Positions 27,877 through 37,851 are shown, numbered from the stretch's first letter. The stretch is DNA of 64,000 nt from Vicinamibacteria bacterium (GCA_963763095.1 CAVXNR010000003.1:815-64814); one strand, 5' to 3'. Notes: generated by a model from the letters alone, not told the origin. Numbers and translations are program-made.

Positions 27877-29581
27877 TTGGCACGCGATCTCGTGGAGCAG
27901 CTCTACGAGACATCTCTTGAACCCGAACGCCTCGACGAACTGATTGCGGCTTGGGACGAACGCATCGGCGCAAGCGATCCCGACAGCGCGGTCGAATTGC
28001 GTCTGTTGGCGGAGCGAGATGTCATCCCCCATCTCGCGCGAGCCCTCGCGATACTCGATCGGATAACCGTTGCCGAAGCGCAGCGTGTTCAGGCGGTTCT
28101 GGCGGGTGTCGAGAGCGCCGCGATGGTCATCGGCACTTTCGGTATTGTCATCGCAGCCAATCAGCCGGCACAGGTCGCGCACGGCCTCTTTCCTGGCGAC
28201 ACGATCTCTAATGCATCATCCAACCCAGTCACGCTCGAGATCCTAGACCGGATGGACACGCTCCTAACGAGAGGGTCCGGGGCGGAAGCCGTTGTGTGCC
28301 TGCGCAGCCCGGACACCGATCGTCTCGTCGTCCTGCACCTCCGCACCATCGAGGCCGAACGCGGCACACGGCAACTGCTTGCCATCACCAGTGAGTGCAT
28401 CTGGCCGGAGCGGCTGTCGGTGCTTCTCGCGGATGCATTTGATCTTACGGCGGCGGAAATCAGTGTCCTCCGGGCGGTCACAGCTGGCGACACGGTTGCG
28501 CAAATTGCTGCCCGGGCGGGGCGCAGCCAAGGAACGGTGCGCACCCAGGTGCACGCTCTGTTGGCGAAGACGGGCGCCCGCAGCCAAGTCGAACTGGTCC
28601 GGCTGACCAACCTCTTGCTTAGGTCGCTCCCGGGCACTGATGCGAGCACACCGGACAATGACCGTCGGCCGATTCTGCGGCGGCGCCCGCTTTTGCTTCC
28701 GGACGGGCGACGGTTGGATGTCTTTCTTTTTGGCGACCCCCGGGGACGCCCGGTGCTCTGGCTGCAATCTACGCTCGGATTGTTTGTGCCGACGCGCTCG
28801 GCTGACAGCGACCTGCGCCGTCGCCGCATTCGCGTTTTGGTGCCGATCCGTGCCGGATTCGGCGCGAGTGACCCGGCGCCCGAGGGCAGCGATGTCTATG
28901 CTCTGGCCGTCGCCGACACCCTCGCCACCTTGGCTGAGTTCGGCTTGGAATTCTGCTCTCGTCGTTGCTCCGGTCGACGACATCCGCCTTGCCCTCATGC
29001 TAGCGCATGACGCCCCGCACGCGGTGCGCGGCATTTTCGCTATTGGCGCGGGCTTTCCGATCCAGACGTTCGCCCAATACCAGCGCCTCCATGCTCTCGG
29101 ACGCTTCTTCCGCATTTGCGCGAGGCATACGCCCCAGGCGCTGCCTTTCGCGGCAAAGGCTTTCTATGCCGTCGTCCGGCGATTCGGCATCGAGAGCATG
29201 ATGCGCAAGACATACGCAGAAGTCCCTGCGGATGCGGGTGCCTTCGCTGAGGCGGAAGTAGCTGAGGCTCTCATGTCAGGTTTCACTTACATGATGAGCG
29301 GGGATCATGCAGAAGCAGCATTCTGCGCCGACCTCATCAGACTACATGAACACTGGCCGGCCAGCCTCGGTCACGTGCAGTGTCCGGTCTTGCTCGTGCA
29401 CGGCGAGGAGGACCGAAACGCTCCCCTGGACACGGTCCGCGAGTACTGCGCCCGCTACCCGGAGTGGCGGCTGATTACCTTTCCCGGCGAAGGCCAGCTA
29501 ATTGGATATGCGCGGCGAGCTGAGGTATTCGACCTGATCGAGGCGGCGCTCGGGGACGGTGCTGGGCAGTCAGATCCATAG
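27877..29581 (+). pseudogene. LuxR-type HTH / alpha-beta-hydrolase-fold fusion regulator B (one frameshift near 28960)
   Basis: TTG start after CAGGGGG. HTH LTAAEISVLRAVTAGDTVAQIAARAGRSQGTVRTQVHALLAKT. The hydrolase-fold half continues in ORF 28640..29581. Confidence 0.8.
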
Positions 29582-29603
29582 AACCGCCGAAACCAGCCGA
29601 ATC

Positions 29604-29619
29604 TACATCATCTGATAGA
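29604..29619. promoter_or_regulatory. degenerate palindrome TACATCA-TC-TGATAGA (site D, 2 mismatches)
   Basis: Read directly. Lies 22 nt after the regulator B stop, the same position as site A relative to regulator A. Confidence 0.45.
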
Positions 29620-29621
29620 TG

Positions 29622-30533
29622 AAGGCAGAACCATGACGTGAGAGCCTGCTCGCGGGGCGTTCATTCCTGTTCCGCTTTGCTGCTTCTCGTACGCAGGCCA
29701 GCGCCTGTGACACGGTTTCCCGGCTCTGAGTCCGACCCGTGCTTTGCCGCCCTGCGGTTCCCTTGGCCCCTCCCCTTCCCTCCACGGCCTCAGCGCCCGG
29801 TCGCCCGGGTTTGTTCGGCCGCTTCCCTGGTACTATGGGCGGGTCCGACTTCCCTGGATCGTGCATCAGCGGGTTACGGCCGTAGCCTTGCCGCTGCGGC
29901 CTGGCGCCACCGCGCCAGGCAATCGAGGGACCTCCCGGTTTCCGTGTGGATGGTGTCCCGGCGTGCATGGGGTCTCGGACCGCGCGGGGCCGGCGTGCAC
30001 CTCGCCATGACGGTGCCTACCGTGTTGCCTTCCGCTTTTCTCTACAGCGTCGGCGCCCCGGAGATTTAACATTACGCGGCTCAATACCCAGCCCGCTGTT
30101 TCCCCTGTCAACGCTTCGACGCCGCCCTCGCGAGCGACGCCGCATGACTCGGGGCCGTTGTGGGCGGCTACCCTTCAACGTACGACTCTTTCATTCGCAT
30201 CCATCCACCGGCCTCCCGGCGCGCAGAGACTGTTAGACCGCAGTCCCCGTTCCTCCGCCAACCTCCCGACACAACCCATTCTCCGTCGTTCGCGCGGCCG
30301 AAATTTCTCGTTGTTTTCGAGGGTTGTAGCTGCGGGGCTGACCACTTCGCCCGGCGATACGGCCGAAATCCGTTCTCTCCGGGCCGGTATTCTCCAGACC
30401 TGTTGACTTTGGGTGATTTGGTGTGGTGCTTCAGGGTACTGTTTTCATTAAGAATTTTTCGCAGCAACGATCGGATTCCGACGAATTCTTTGGGTGGCGA
30501 AGGAAGTCTGAAATCCAACTCACGCCGCCAAAG
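29622..30533 (-). mobile_element. 5' fragment of a group II intron (ribozyme domains plus first ~70-85 codons of the intron-encoded RT)
   Basis: The minus-strand ORF from 29866, MHDPGKSDPPIVPGKRPNKPGRPGAEAVEGRGGAKGTAGRQSTGRTQSRETVSQALACVREAAKRN, matches the typical N-terminus of bacterial intron RT/maturases. About 660 nt of structured, non-coding-looking upstream sequence starts near GTGAG (30533). No RT domain or domain V/VI is present. Confidence 0.7.
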
Positions 30534-30574
30534 AAGCGGCCGGAACGTTGAAGGCCACTTGCAGGCTCGTCATG

Positions 30575-31156
30575 TCATCCGAGCCGGAACGCTGGCTTCG
30601 CTAGAATCCGTACAGCAATGCTGATCGCGAAGATCGCGTCGGGCCGCAGGAGTTCCGCTGCCGACGTGCGCTCGTCCATGCTCCGACGATCGAGATGGCC
30701 TCCGTCATGGACATGCCGAAAGTGCGACAGCGGGTTCCGCAGGTCAATCATTCGACGAAGATCGGCGACATCGTCGTCCGAAATCACGTCGCGCTCACGG
30801 CAGCGGCGGAGGGTGTCGGCGAACTTGATGCGCTCGGGAACGTCATCGATCAACAGGCCGGCATGCAGATAGGCGGCCAGCAGGTGTTCGACGAGGCCCT
30901 GACACAAGAGGATGGTAGCCACGAAATTGCCGTGCACGAACGACGAGCGCGCCTCGACCCACGCGAGATAGGCCGCATGGCCACCGAAGATCATCGTGCC
31001 GGAGCGCCCCATCTTGCTGCCGAGATCGGTCAGCATTCGGAAACGGCCGACCTTCTCCGGCAGATCGTCATGCAGGTCCGCCAGCAGATGCCGGACAAAA
31101 TCCAGATCCGACAAGTCTGAAAGCAGATCAGGCTGATCGCCCCCGCCCGCGGTCAC
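30575..31156 (-). CDS. HEPN-like (Rx4H motif) protein linked to the type I R-M operon
   Basis: Intact 193 aa from a GTG that overlaps the hsdS stop (GTGA). Helical, and contains DLRNPLSHFRH (R-x4-H). Confidence 0.5.
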   Translation of the reverse strand: MTAGGGDQPDLLSDLSDLDFVRHLLADLHDDLPEKVGRFRMLTDLGSKMGRSGTMIFGGHAAYLAWVEARSSFVHGNFVATILLCQGLVEHLLAAYLHAGLLIDDVPERIKFADTLRRCRERDVISDDDVADLRRMIDLRNPLSHFRHVHDGGHLDRRSMDERTSAAELLRPDAIFAISIAVRILAKPAFRLG

Positions 31157-32313
31157 GCAGCCGTCGCCCGGCCGTTGAAGACCTCGTGCAGCATGGCGGG
31201 GATCAGCGCCTCTACCTCCTGCGCGGTGTGAGCGCGGATGCTTTGAACCTCGCTCGCTTTGGCTTGGAGGCGGTCGAACCAACGCTGAATTTCCAAAGGG
31301 GGCACAGGGACTTCGATGGTTGGAAGTTCTTTGAGGACAGCGTTTTGTTGCGGGCGATCGTTCCTGGCGAATGGCCAACGACACTCGTGAATCCTTCGAG
31401 GGTCCGGAAATAGGTCATCAGAAAGCCTGGTGTTGCGAGAGCAGGATCGACCTCGCAAGTCAGCATCCGGTGATCCCCGACGGTGCCTTCGTCATACGCT
31501 GCCGCGACCGCGATGGCCTTCTCCCAAGCCATGAGATTGCTGAAAACAAGGTCGCCTTCCCTGATCCAGAAAAGGTCCTGCCAGCTGAATTCGGACCCCC
31601 GCATCGAGCGTCCGTGGAAAATGCCGTCGTCAAGAAACTGCGGACCCGCAATTCCATGTATTCCCGATCGGGATCGATCTCGACAGGCCGGCGCATAAGG
31701 GGGCGACTTCGCCCATCGGGCGAAAGGGGGCGCCGTCGATGGCGCGTTGGAAGGCTTTCAGCAGCAGGGCCTGGGTTTCGCGCTCGGCGCCGTCGATGGC
31801 ACGACGGCGTTCCTCCACCAGGGCCGCGACAGTGTCCAGCCGGTGGACGATGCGGCGCTGTTCGTCGAGGGACGGAAGGGCGATCCTGAAGCCGAGAACC
31901 TGCTCAGGATGAACACGCTGCCTGCGGTCGCCCATGCCCTTGCTGCCAACAGCAACCTGTCGCCACACATCCGGGCGCTTGAACATCCACAACAGATAGC
32001 GGGAAGCAATCGGTCGTGATCGACGTCAAACGTGGGATACTCGATTGGAGACGAAGACACCGTCCATTTCCTCAGGAACAATGGCATACGCCCCCTCGAA
32101 CGCGAAAAGGCGGCTATAGATGAATTGGTTCTTCCGCACTCTGTAAAGGGTGGATGCGCTGGTCTTCGCGCCGTCAATCGGCGGCTTGCTGAAAACGCCG
32201 CGGGCAAAACCATAGATCCCAAGATTGGGATAGCTCTGCTGCGGATCGACGCGACAAAGCTCAGACACCAAGGCCATCAAATCTGAAAGCGGAACGGTCG
32301 ACGTGGCCATCAC
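31153..32313 (-). pseudogene. hsdS: type I restriction-modification specificity subunit HsdS, at least 3 frameshifts
   Basis: Two target-recognition-domain-like halves and conserved helices (LPSLDEQRRIVHRLD; VPVPPLEIQRWFDRL) are spread over four frames. Confidence 0.8.
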
Positions 32314-33877
32314 ACGCGCTCCGCCAGGGCGGCCTTGATCTCGTCCATGATGCCGAGGATCCGCTGTTCCTGCGCGATAATCGCGTCCACGATCTCAGAT
32401 GGCGCGCGGTGATCTTCGACCTCGCCAGAATGCGGGTTCTTGATGTCGAGGTTGCAGGCGGTGACGCGATCCTGCGCGTCGCGCTGGATCAGGCCTGCCG
32501 CCGGCACCTTCCAGGCGCGCTCGTTCTCCTCGCGATTGTTCCACCAGGCCAGGCAGCCCGCGAACTCCTCATAGGCCATCGGCGCGGTCTTCGAGTATTT
32601 CTTGCGGCCCTCCGGCAGCGGCAGTCTCGTAGTACCAGATGTCCTTCGTCGGCCCGCTGGTGTCGAAGAAGAGCAGGTTCGCCGGGATGTCGGTGTAGGG
32701 CGCGAACACCCCTTCGCGCAGGCGGACGACCGTGTGCAGGTTGAACTTCTCCAGCAGGTCGGCCTTGATCCGCGCCGAGATGCCGTCGCCGAACAGCGTG
32801 CCGTTCGGCACGACGACCGCGGCCCGCCCGCGCCCGGCGCGCTTCAGCCGCCGCATGATGAGCTGCAGGAACAGCAGCGCCGTCTCGGCCGTGCGCCGGT
32901 CCTCGGGGAAGTTGTTGAGGATGCCCGCCTCCTCCTCGCCGCCGAAGGGCGGGTTGGTCAGGATCACGTCGACGCGCTGATCCTCGCCGATCTCGGCCAG
33001 ACGGAAGCGCAGGGCGTTGCCGGGGTCGATGTGCGGGGCGTCCAGGCCGTGCAGCAGGAGGTTCATCTGGGCCAGCAGGTATGGCAGCGGCTTCGCCTCG
33101 CCGCCGTGGAAGCTGCTCCTCCTGCAGGATGCGGCGCTTCTCGACCGTGTCGGCCTGGCGCTCGAGGTGCAGGAAGGCCTCGACCAGAAAGCCGCCCGTG
33201 CCGCAGGCGGGGTCGAGGACGGTCTCGCCGAGTTGCGGGTTCGTCACCTCGACCATGAAGCGCACCACCGGCCGGGGCGTGTAGAACTCGCCCGAGTCGC
33301 CGGCGGCGTCGCGCATCTCGCGCAGCATCGACTCGTAGAGGCGGCCGAGGGTGTGGACCTCGTCCGGACGAGTCGAAGTGGATGCCGTCGATCTTGTTGA
33401 CGACGTCGCGCAGCAGGTAGCCGCTCTCCATCCGGTTGGTGAAGCCCTGGAAGACGGTGGCGATCACGTCGCGCCGCTCGCGCCGCCCGTTATCGCCGCG
33501 CAAGGCGCGGAGATAGGCGAACAGGCCCGGGCCGCGGGTGCCGTCGGGGCGTTCGGCCTGCTCGGCGGTGAGAAACGACAGCAGGTCCGGCCCGGTGATC
33601 CCGTCGGCGTCCGCCGCCCAGTCGCGCCAGCGATAGGGCGGCTCGATGATCGAGCGGTAGTCCTTGCCCGCCAGTCCGCGCGCTCTTCCTCGATCCGCTC
33701 CATGTCGTCGAGGAACTTCAGGAACATGATCCAGGTGAGCATCGGCAGGCGGTCGAGGTCGCCGTTCAGCCCCTTGTCCTTGCGCATGATCTTGCGCGCG
33801 GACTTGATGATGCTGTCGAGGCGCTGGGCAGTGGTCAGTTGCTTCGGCGCAGCCTTCTTGCGGGCGGTTCTGGCCAA
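32310..33877 (-). pseudogene. hsdM: type I R-M DNA methyltransferase HsdM, about 4 frameshifts
   Basis: N-terminal HsdM_N-like LTWIMFLKFLDD, GEFYTPRPVVRFMVE, DPACGTGGFL and the catalytic ILTNPPFGG lie in different frames. Confidence 0.9.
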
Positions 33878-33894
33878 TGTCGGTCTCCTTCAAT

Positions 33895-36262
33895 TCAGGC
33901 GGTGTAGAGCAGGCGCTGCAGCTCGGTGACGGCGCTGCGCAGCTCCTTGCCGCCGCCGAAGCGGGCGGCGATTTCGATCACGTTGCCCCATTCGTTGAAC
34001 GGGGGCACTTCCAGGATGTCGGGCAGCTTGAACTGGGCGCTGCCGTGTTCGGCATATTTCTCGAGCAGGGCGTCCAGGACTTCGCGGGCGTCGGGTCCGA
34101 AGCGGGCAAGAAACTCGTCCTGGTCCTTTAGCAGGCGGTCCGCGCGCTCGCGGCGGGTGCGCAGCGGCGCGTTGTAGGCGAGATGGCAAAGGAGGTCGAA
34201 CGGGTCGGCCTCCGGCTTTCCGACAGCATCAGCCAGGAAGTCGAGGTCGATGCCCTTCTCCTCCAGCCGCTCGACGATCTCGGCGCGGCGCTCGGGGTCG
34301 AGCCAGTCGGTGCGCAGGTCCGAGGCATTCGGGTAGAGCGTGCGGACCTTGTCGCCGGTGTAGTCGGTGATTGACGGCAGGCGAGCTGCCGTCCATCGGC
34401 ATCGAGCTCGTAGACGAGGTGCCGGACGATCTCGACCTCGCCGCCGTCGACATAGAACTTGCGTGGCCGGTCTCGGGCTCGTCGTCGAGATCGACAGGCC
34501 CGTCCGGAACATCCGGGAAATCGTCGGGCTCCGGCGCCGTCTCCTCGATCTCGCGTTCCTCGACGACCTCACCCTGCCTCGTTGATCACGGCTTCGTCCT
34601 CGCGAACGGGATCGCCGTCGAAGGCAGGGTCGGCGAACATGCGCGTGGCCGTGCCGGTGTAGTCGAGGATGTTGAAGCAGAGCTTGCCGTAGTCGGGCCT
34701 GAGGCGCGTGCCGCGTCCGATGATCTGCTTGAACTCGGGCATCGAGCCGACGACGCGGGCAAGCACGACGTTCTTGCAGGTCGGCGCATCGACGCCGGTG
34801 GTGAGAAGCTGCGAGGTGGTGAGGACGGCCGGCGTCTGGGTCTCGACATCCTGGAACTTGGCCAGGTGCGCGCTGCCGACATCGCCCTCGTCGGACGTCA
34901 CGCGGCAGACGTAGTCCGGGTGATCCTTCACGAGATCGGTGTTCAATGCGGAGAGCGCCTGGCGCATCTCGAGCGCGTGCTCCTGGTCGACGCAGAAGAC
35001 GATGGTCTTGGCGAAGCGGTCGGTCTCCGTCAGGAAGCCGGCGAGGTGGCTCGCGATGGCCTGCGTCCGCGCGCGAAGCGCCACGACCCGCTCGAAGTCC
35101 CTCGTCGAGTACTCGTCGTCGGGGATCTCGCGCCCGTAGCGGTCAAGCTCGCCCCGCGTCGGCCGCCAGCCGGCGGCGTCGTAGTCCGTGATGACGCGGT
35201 GAACGCGGTATGGCGCCAGGAAGCCATCGTCGATGCCCTGCGCAGGCTGTATTCGTAAAGCGGATCGCCGAAGTAGTGGTAGGTGTCGCGGTTGTCCTCG
35301 CGCAGCGGCGTCGCCGTCATGCCGATCTGCGTGGCCGGCTCGAACTATTCGAGGATCTCGCGCCAAGTGCTGTCGTCGCGCGCGCTGCCCCGGTGGCACT
35401 CGTCCACGATGATGAGGTCGAAGAAGTCCCGGGCGTATTCGCGATAGAGGCCGGGGCGGTTCTCGTCTCGGCGATGGCCTGGTAGATGGCGAAATACATG
35501 TCGCGGCTCTTGACCGCGACGCCGCCCGCGATCTTGTGGCGCGCATCGCCGAACGGGCTGAAGTCCTTGGCCATCGGATCGTCGACGAGGATGTTGCGGT
35601 CGGCGAGAAACAGGATCTTCGGGTTGCGGTTGACGCCCTTTGCGTTCCAGCGGGCCGACCAGAGTTTCCAGCAGATCTGGAAGGCGACGGCGGTCTTGCC
35701 CGCCCCCGTGCAGAGGGTGAGCAGCGTCCGCTTCCTGCCCTGCAGCGCCGCCTGAACGGCGCGGTTGACGGCGATCTCCTGATAGTAGCGAAGGGGCTTC
35801 GCCCGGTCCGGAAACGTGGGCGTCAGCAGCCGATCGGCTACCTGGTCATCGAGAATGCTCTCCGCGCGACGCAGGCGGGACCATAGTTCGTCGGGCGCTG
35901 GGAAATCCCCGATCGTCCGCTCGATTCCGGTCGTATAGTCGAACTCGACGATCTCGATTCCGTTGGTGGAATACGCGAACTGCAGGCCGAGGATTTCGGC
36001 ATATTCCTTGGCCTGCTGAAGACCCTCCGCTGCATGCCTGTAGCGGGACTTGGCCTCCACAACCGCGATCGGGAAGTCCGGATTGTACCGGAGCAGGTAG
36101 TCCGACGCGCTTCTGCTTTCCCCGGCGGGCCTTGCCGCCGACGAATACAACTCGGCCGTCGGTGAAGGTTCTTTGCTCGTTGATGGCATGAGGACGATCA
36201 TCCCAACCTGCCGCTTGCAGCTTCGGGACGACGAACTTCCTGCAGGTATCGGCTTCGTTCAT
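33895..36262 (-). pseudogene. hsdR: type I R-M restriction endonuclease/helicase HsdR, at least 5 frameshifts
   Basis: MNEADTCRKFVVPKLQAAGW N-terminus, [12 protein letters not shown] (motif I), [11 protein letters not shown] (DEAH-like), MTATPLRED and TSQLLTTGVDAPT lie in different frames. Confidence 0.9.
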
Positions 36263-36411
36263 GCGCAGACAACTTCGCTCAGTTCCGATATGCCGCCGCA
36301 TGGCCGGCCGCCGGCAAGGTTTAGCTCAATGCGCAATTCTTTGCTTTGGCAGCGCTTTCGCCTGACGGCGGCCCGCCGAAGCTACTGTCCGCGCGAGCGG
36401 TGTCGCAAGCC

Positions 36412-36900
36412 CTATTGCGATTGATCCAGAAACCAATCCTTCTGCTGCTCCCATGCCAACGGAAACTGCTCCCGCAGCGCATCAAGGGTTACAGCGTCCC
36501 CTTGCCGACCGTCCAGGATCGCCTCCACGTGGTCTGGCGAGAGCAGCGTCAACCGCAGGATGCGGCTGACATACGTCGCGTTGACGCCCTTCGCCCGGGC
36601 CAGGTCCTCCAACGTTGCGTGCACGCCCTCGCCATCTTCCGCCACCGGAACGCCCGCGCCAACGCCTTGACCATAGCGTTGCCGACTCGCGGCCGCGGCG
36701 CCCACGGCGCACCGTCGGGCGTGGAACGTGAGCGGGACGTGCCCCGTGATTGTCCCATCGTCCCCGAAACTGTCGCCCGCCTGTTCACTCTGCTCTCCTC
36801 CTTCAGTGCACGCAATCTCGCGGACCAGACCGGACAGCCCGTTCGCTCGAAGTCGGAATGTCGATGTTGTCCGAACTCTTGCCTCAGGTGCAGGGGGAAA
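36412..36900 (-). pseudogene. C-terminal fragment of a recombinase-family protein (frameshifted, N-terminus missing)
   Basis: ...PDGAPWAPRPRVGNAMVKALARAFRWRKM, then LEDLARAKGVNATYVSRILRLTLLSPDHVEAILDGRQ. As I recall, this tail belongs to large serine recombinases. No catalytic part lies upstream. Confidence 0.5.
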
Positions 36901-36924
36901 CGGGTCACAGCAGGGAACTTCGAG

Positions 36925-37306
36925 ACTTAGTCAAGGATATTTCGCCGACAGGGACTCGCGCAGCTTCGTGGTGGTCATGAACCATCACCTCGAGCGCGAC
37001 CGCGAGAGCCTGCGCTTCGGGCTCGGCTCGGAGGCGCTCTACATCGGCGTCCTCGGGCCGCGGTTGCGGTTCCGGAAGCTGCTGGCAGCGCTGAAGGATC
37101 GGGGACAGGCGCCGGACGCCGCTGCGCTCGCGCGCGTGCGCAGCCCGATCGGGCTCGCGCTCGGCGCCGAGACGCCGGACGAGATCGCCTTGTCGATCCT
37201 CGGCGAGATCGTCGCGATACGCCGCGGGTTCGACGGCGGCTTCCTCGACGGCCGCGACGCCAGTCTTCACCGCGCCCCGGACACGAACCGTTTCGCGCGC
37301 TCGTAG
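36925..37306 (+). pseudogene. XdhC/CoxI-family accessory protein, C-terminal ~115 aa only
   Basis: SFVVVMNHHLERDRESL...ALYIGVLGPRLRFRKLL...SPIGLALGAETPDEIALSILGEIVA is the end of the XdhC Rossmann-like domain. The N-terminal domains are absent. Confidence 0.7.
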
Positions 37307-37851
37307 TCCTCGGGCGTATCGATGTCCAGCAGCAGGTCCGGCGGGAGCTCCACGACACGGGTGCGGTCCCGGTGTCGCTGCAGGACCGGCCGTGCCCCGT
37401 GCTCGAGAACGGCCAGCTCAGGGAAGAACTCCCGATCGAAGACGTGGGGCGGCGCCGTGACGTTGCCGTAGCGGGCACACACGATCCCGTGGCCGCGCTC
37501 GAGGAACGCCTCGATCAGCCGCCGGTAATCCGACGCCGCGACGAAGGGCTGGTCCGCCAGCGCGAACATCGCCGCGCCGCTCTCGCCGAGCTCCGCGATC
37601 GCGATCCGGAACGAGGACCCCATTCCCGTCGCGTAGTCACCATTGAGAGCGTGACGGCACGGCAGCCCCTCGAGTGCCGGCAGGATTCGGTCGTGCTCGC
37701 ACCCGACGACGACGAGCACGTCGTCAACGCCGGAATCCGCCACCTGGCGAACGGTGCGGCGGACGATCGGCTCGTCGCCGAGCGGCAGCAGCAGCTTGTT
37801 CGTCCCCATGCGCGTGGCCGCCCCGGCCGCGAGGATCACGCCGGTGATCAT
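37267..37851 (-). CDS. mocA: MobA-like NTP transferase (molybdenum cofactor cytidylyltransferase, MocA-like)
   Basis: MITGVILAAGAATRMGTNKLLLPL nucleotide-binding motif. 194 aa. Confidence 0.8.
   Translation of the reverse strand: MITGVILAAGAATRMGTNKLLLPLGDEPIVRRTVRQVADSGVDDVLVVVGCEHDRILPALEGLPCRHALNGDYATGMGSSFRIAIAELGESGAAMFALADQPFVAASDYRRLIEAFLERGHGIVCARYGNVTAPPHVFDREFFPELAVLEHGARPVLQRHRDRTRVVELPPDLLLDIDTPEDYERAKRFVSGAR

Noticed and set aside
22487-29581. Programmed ribosomal frameshift as the explanation for the split LuxR-hydrolase regulators.
   Set aside because: The frame change falls at non-homologous positions in the two paralogs (about 45 residues apart), and no shared slippery heptamer is evident. 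Independent lesions are more likely.
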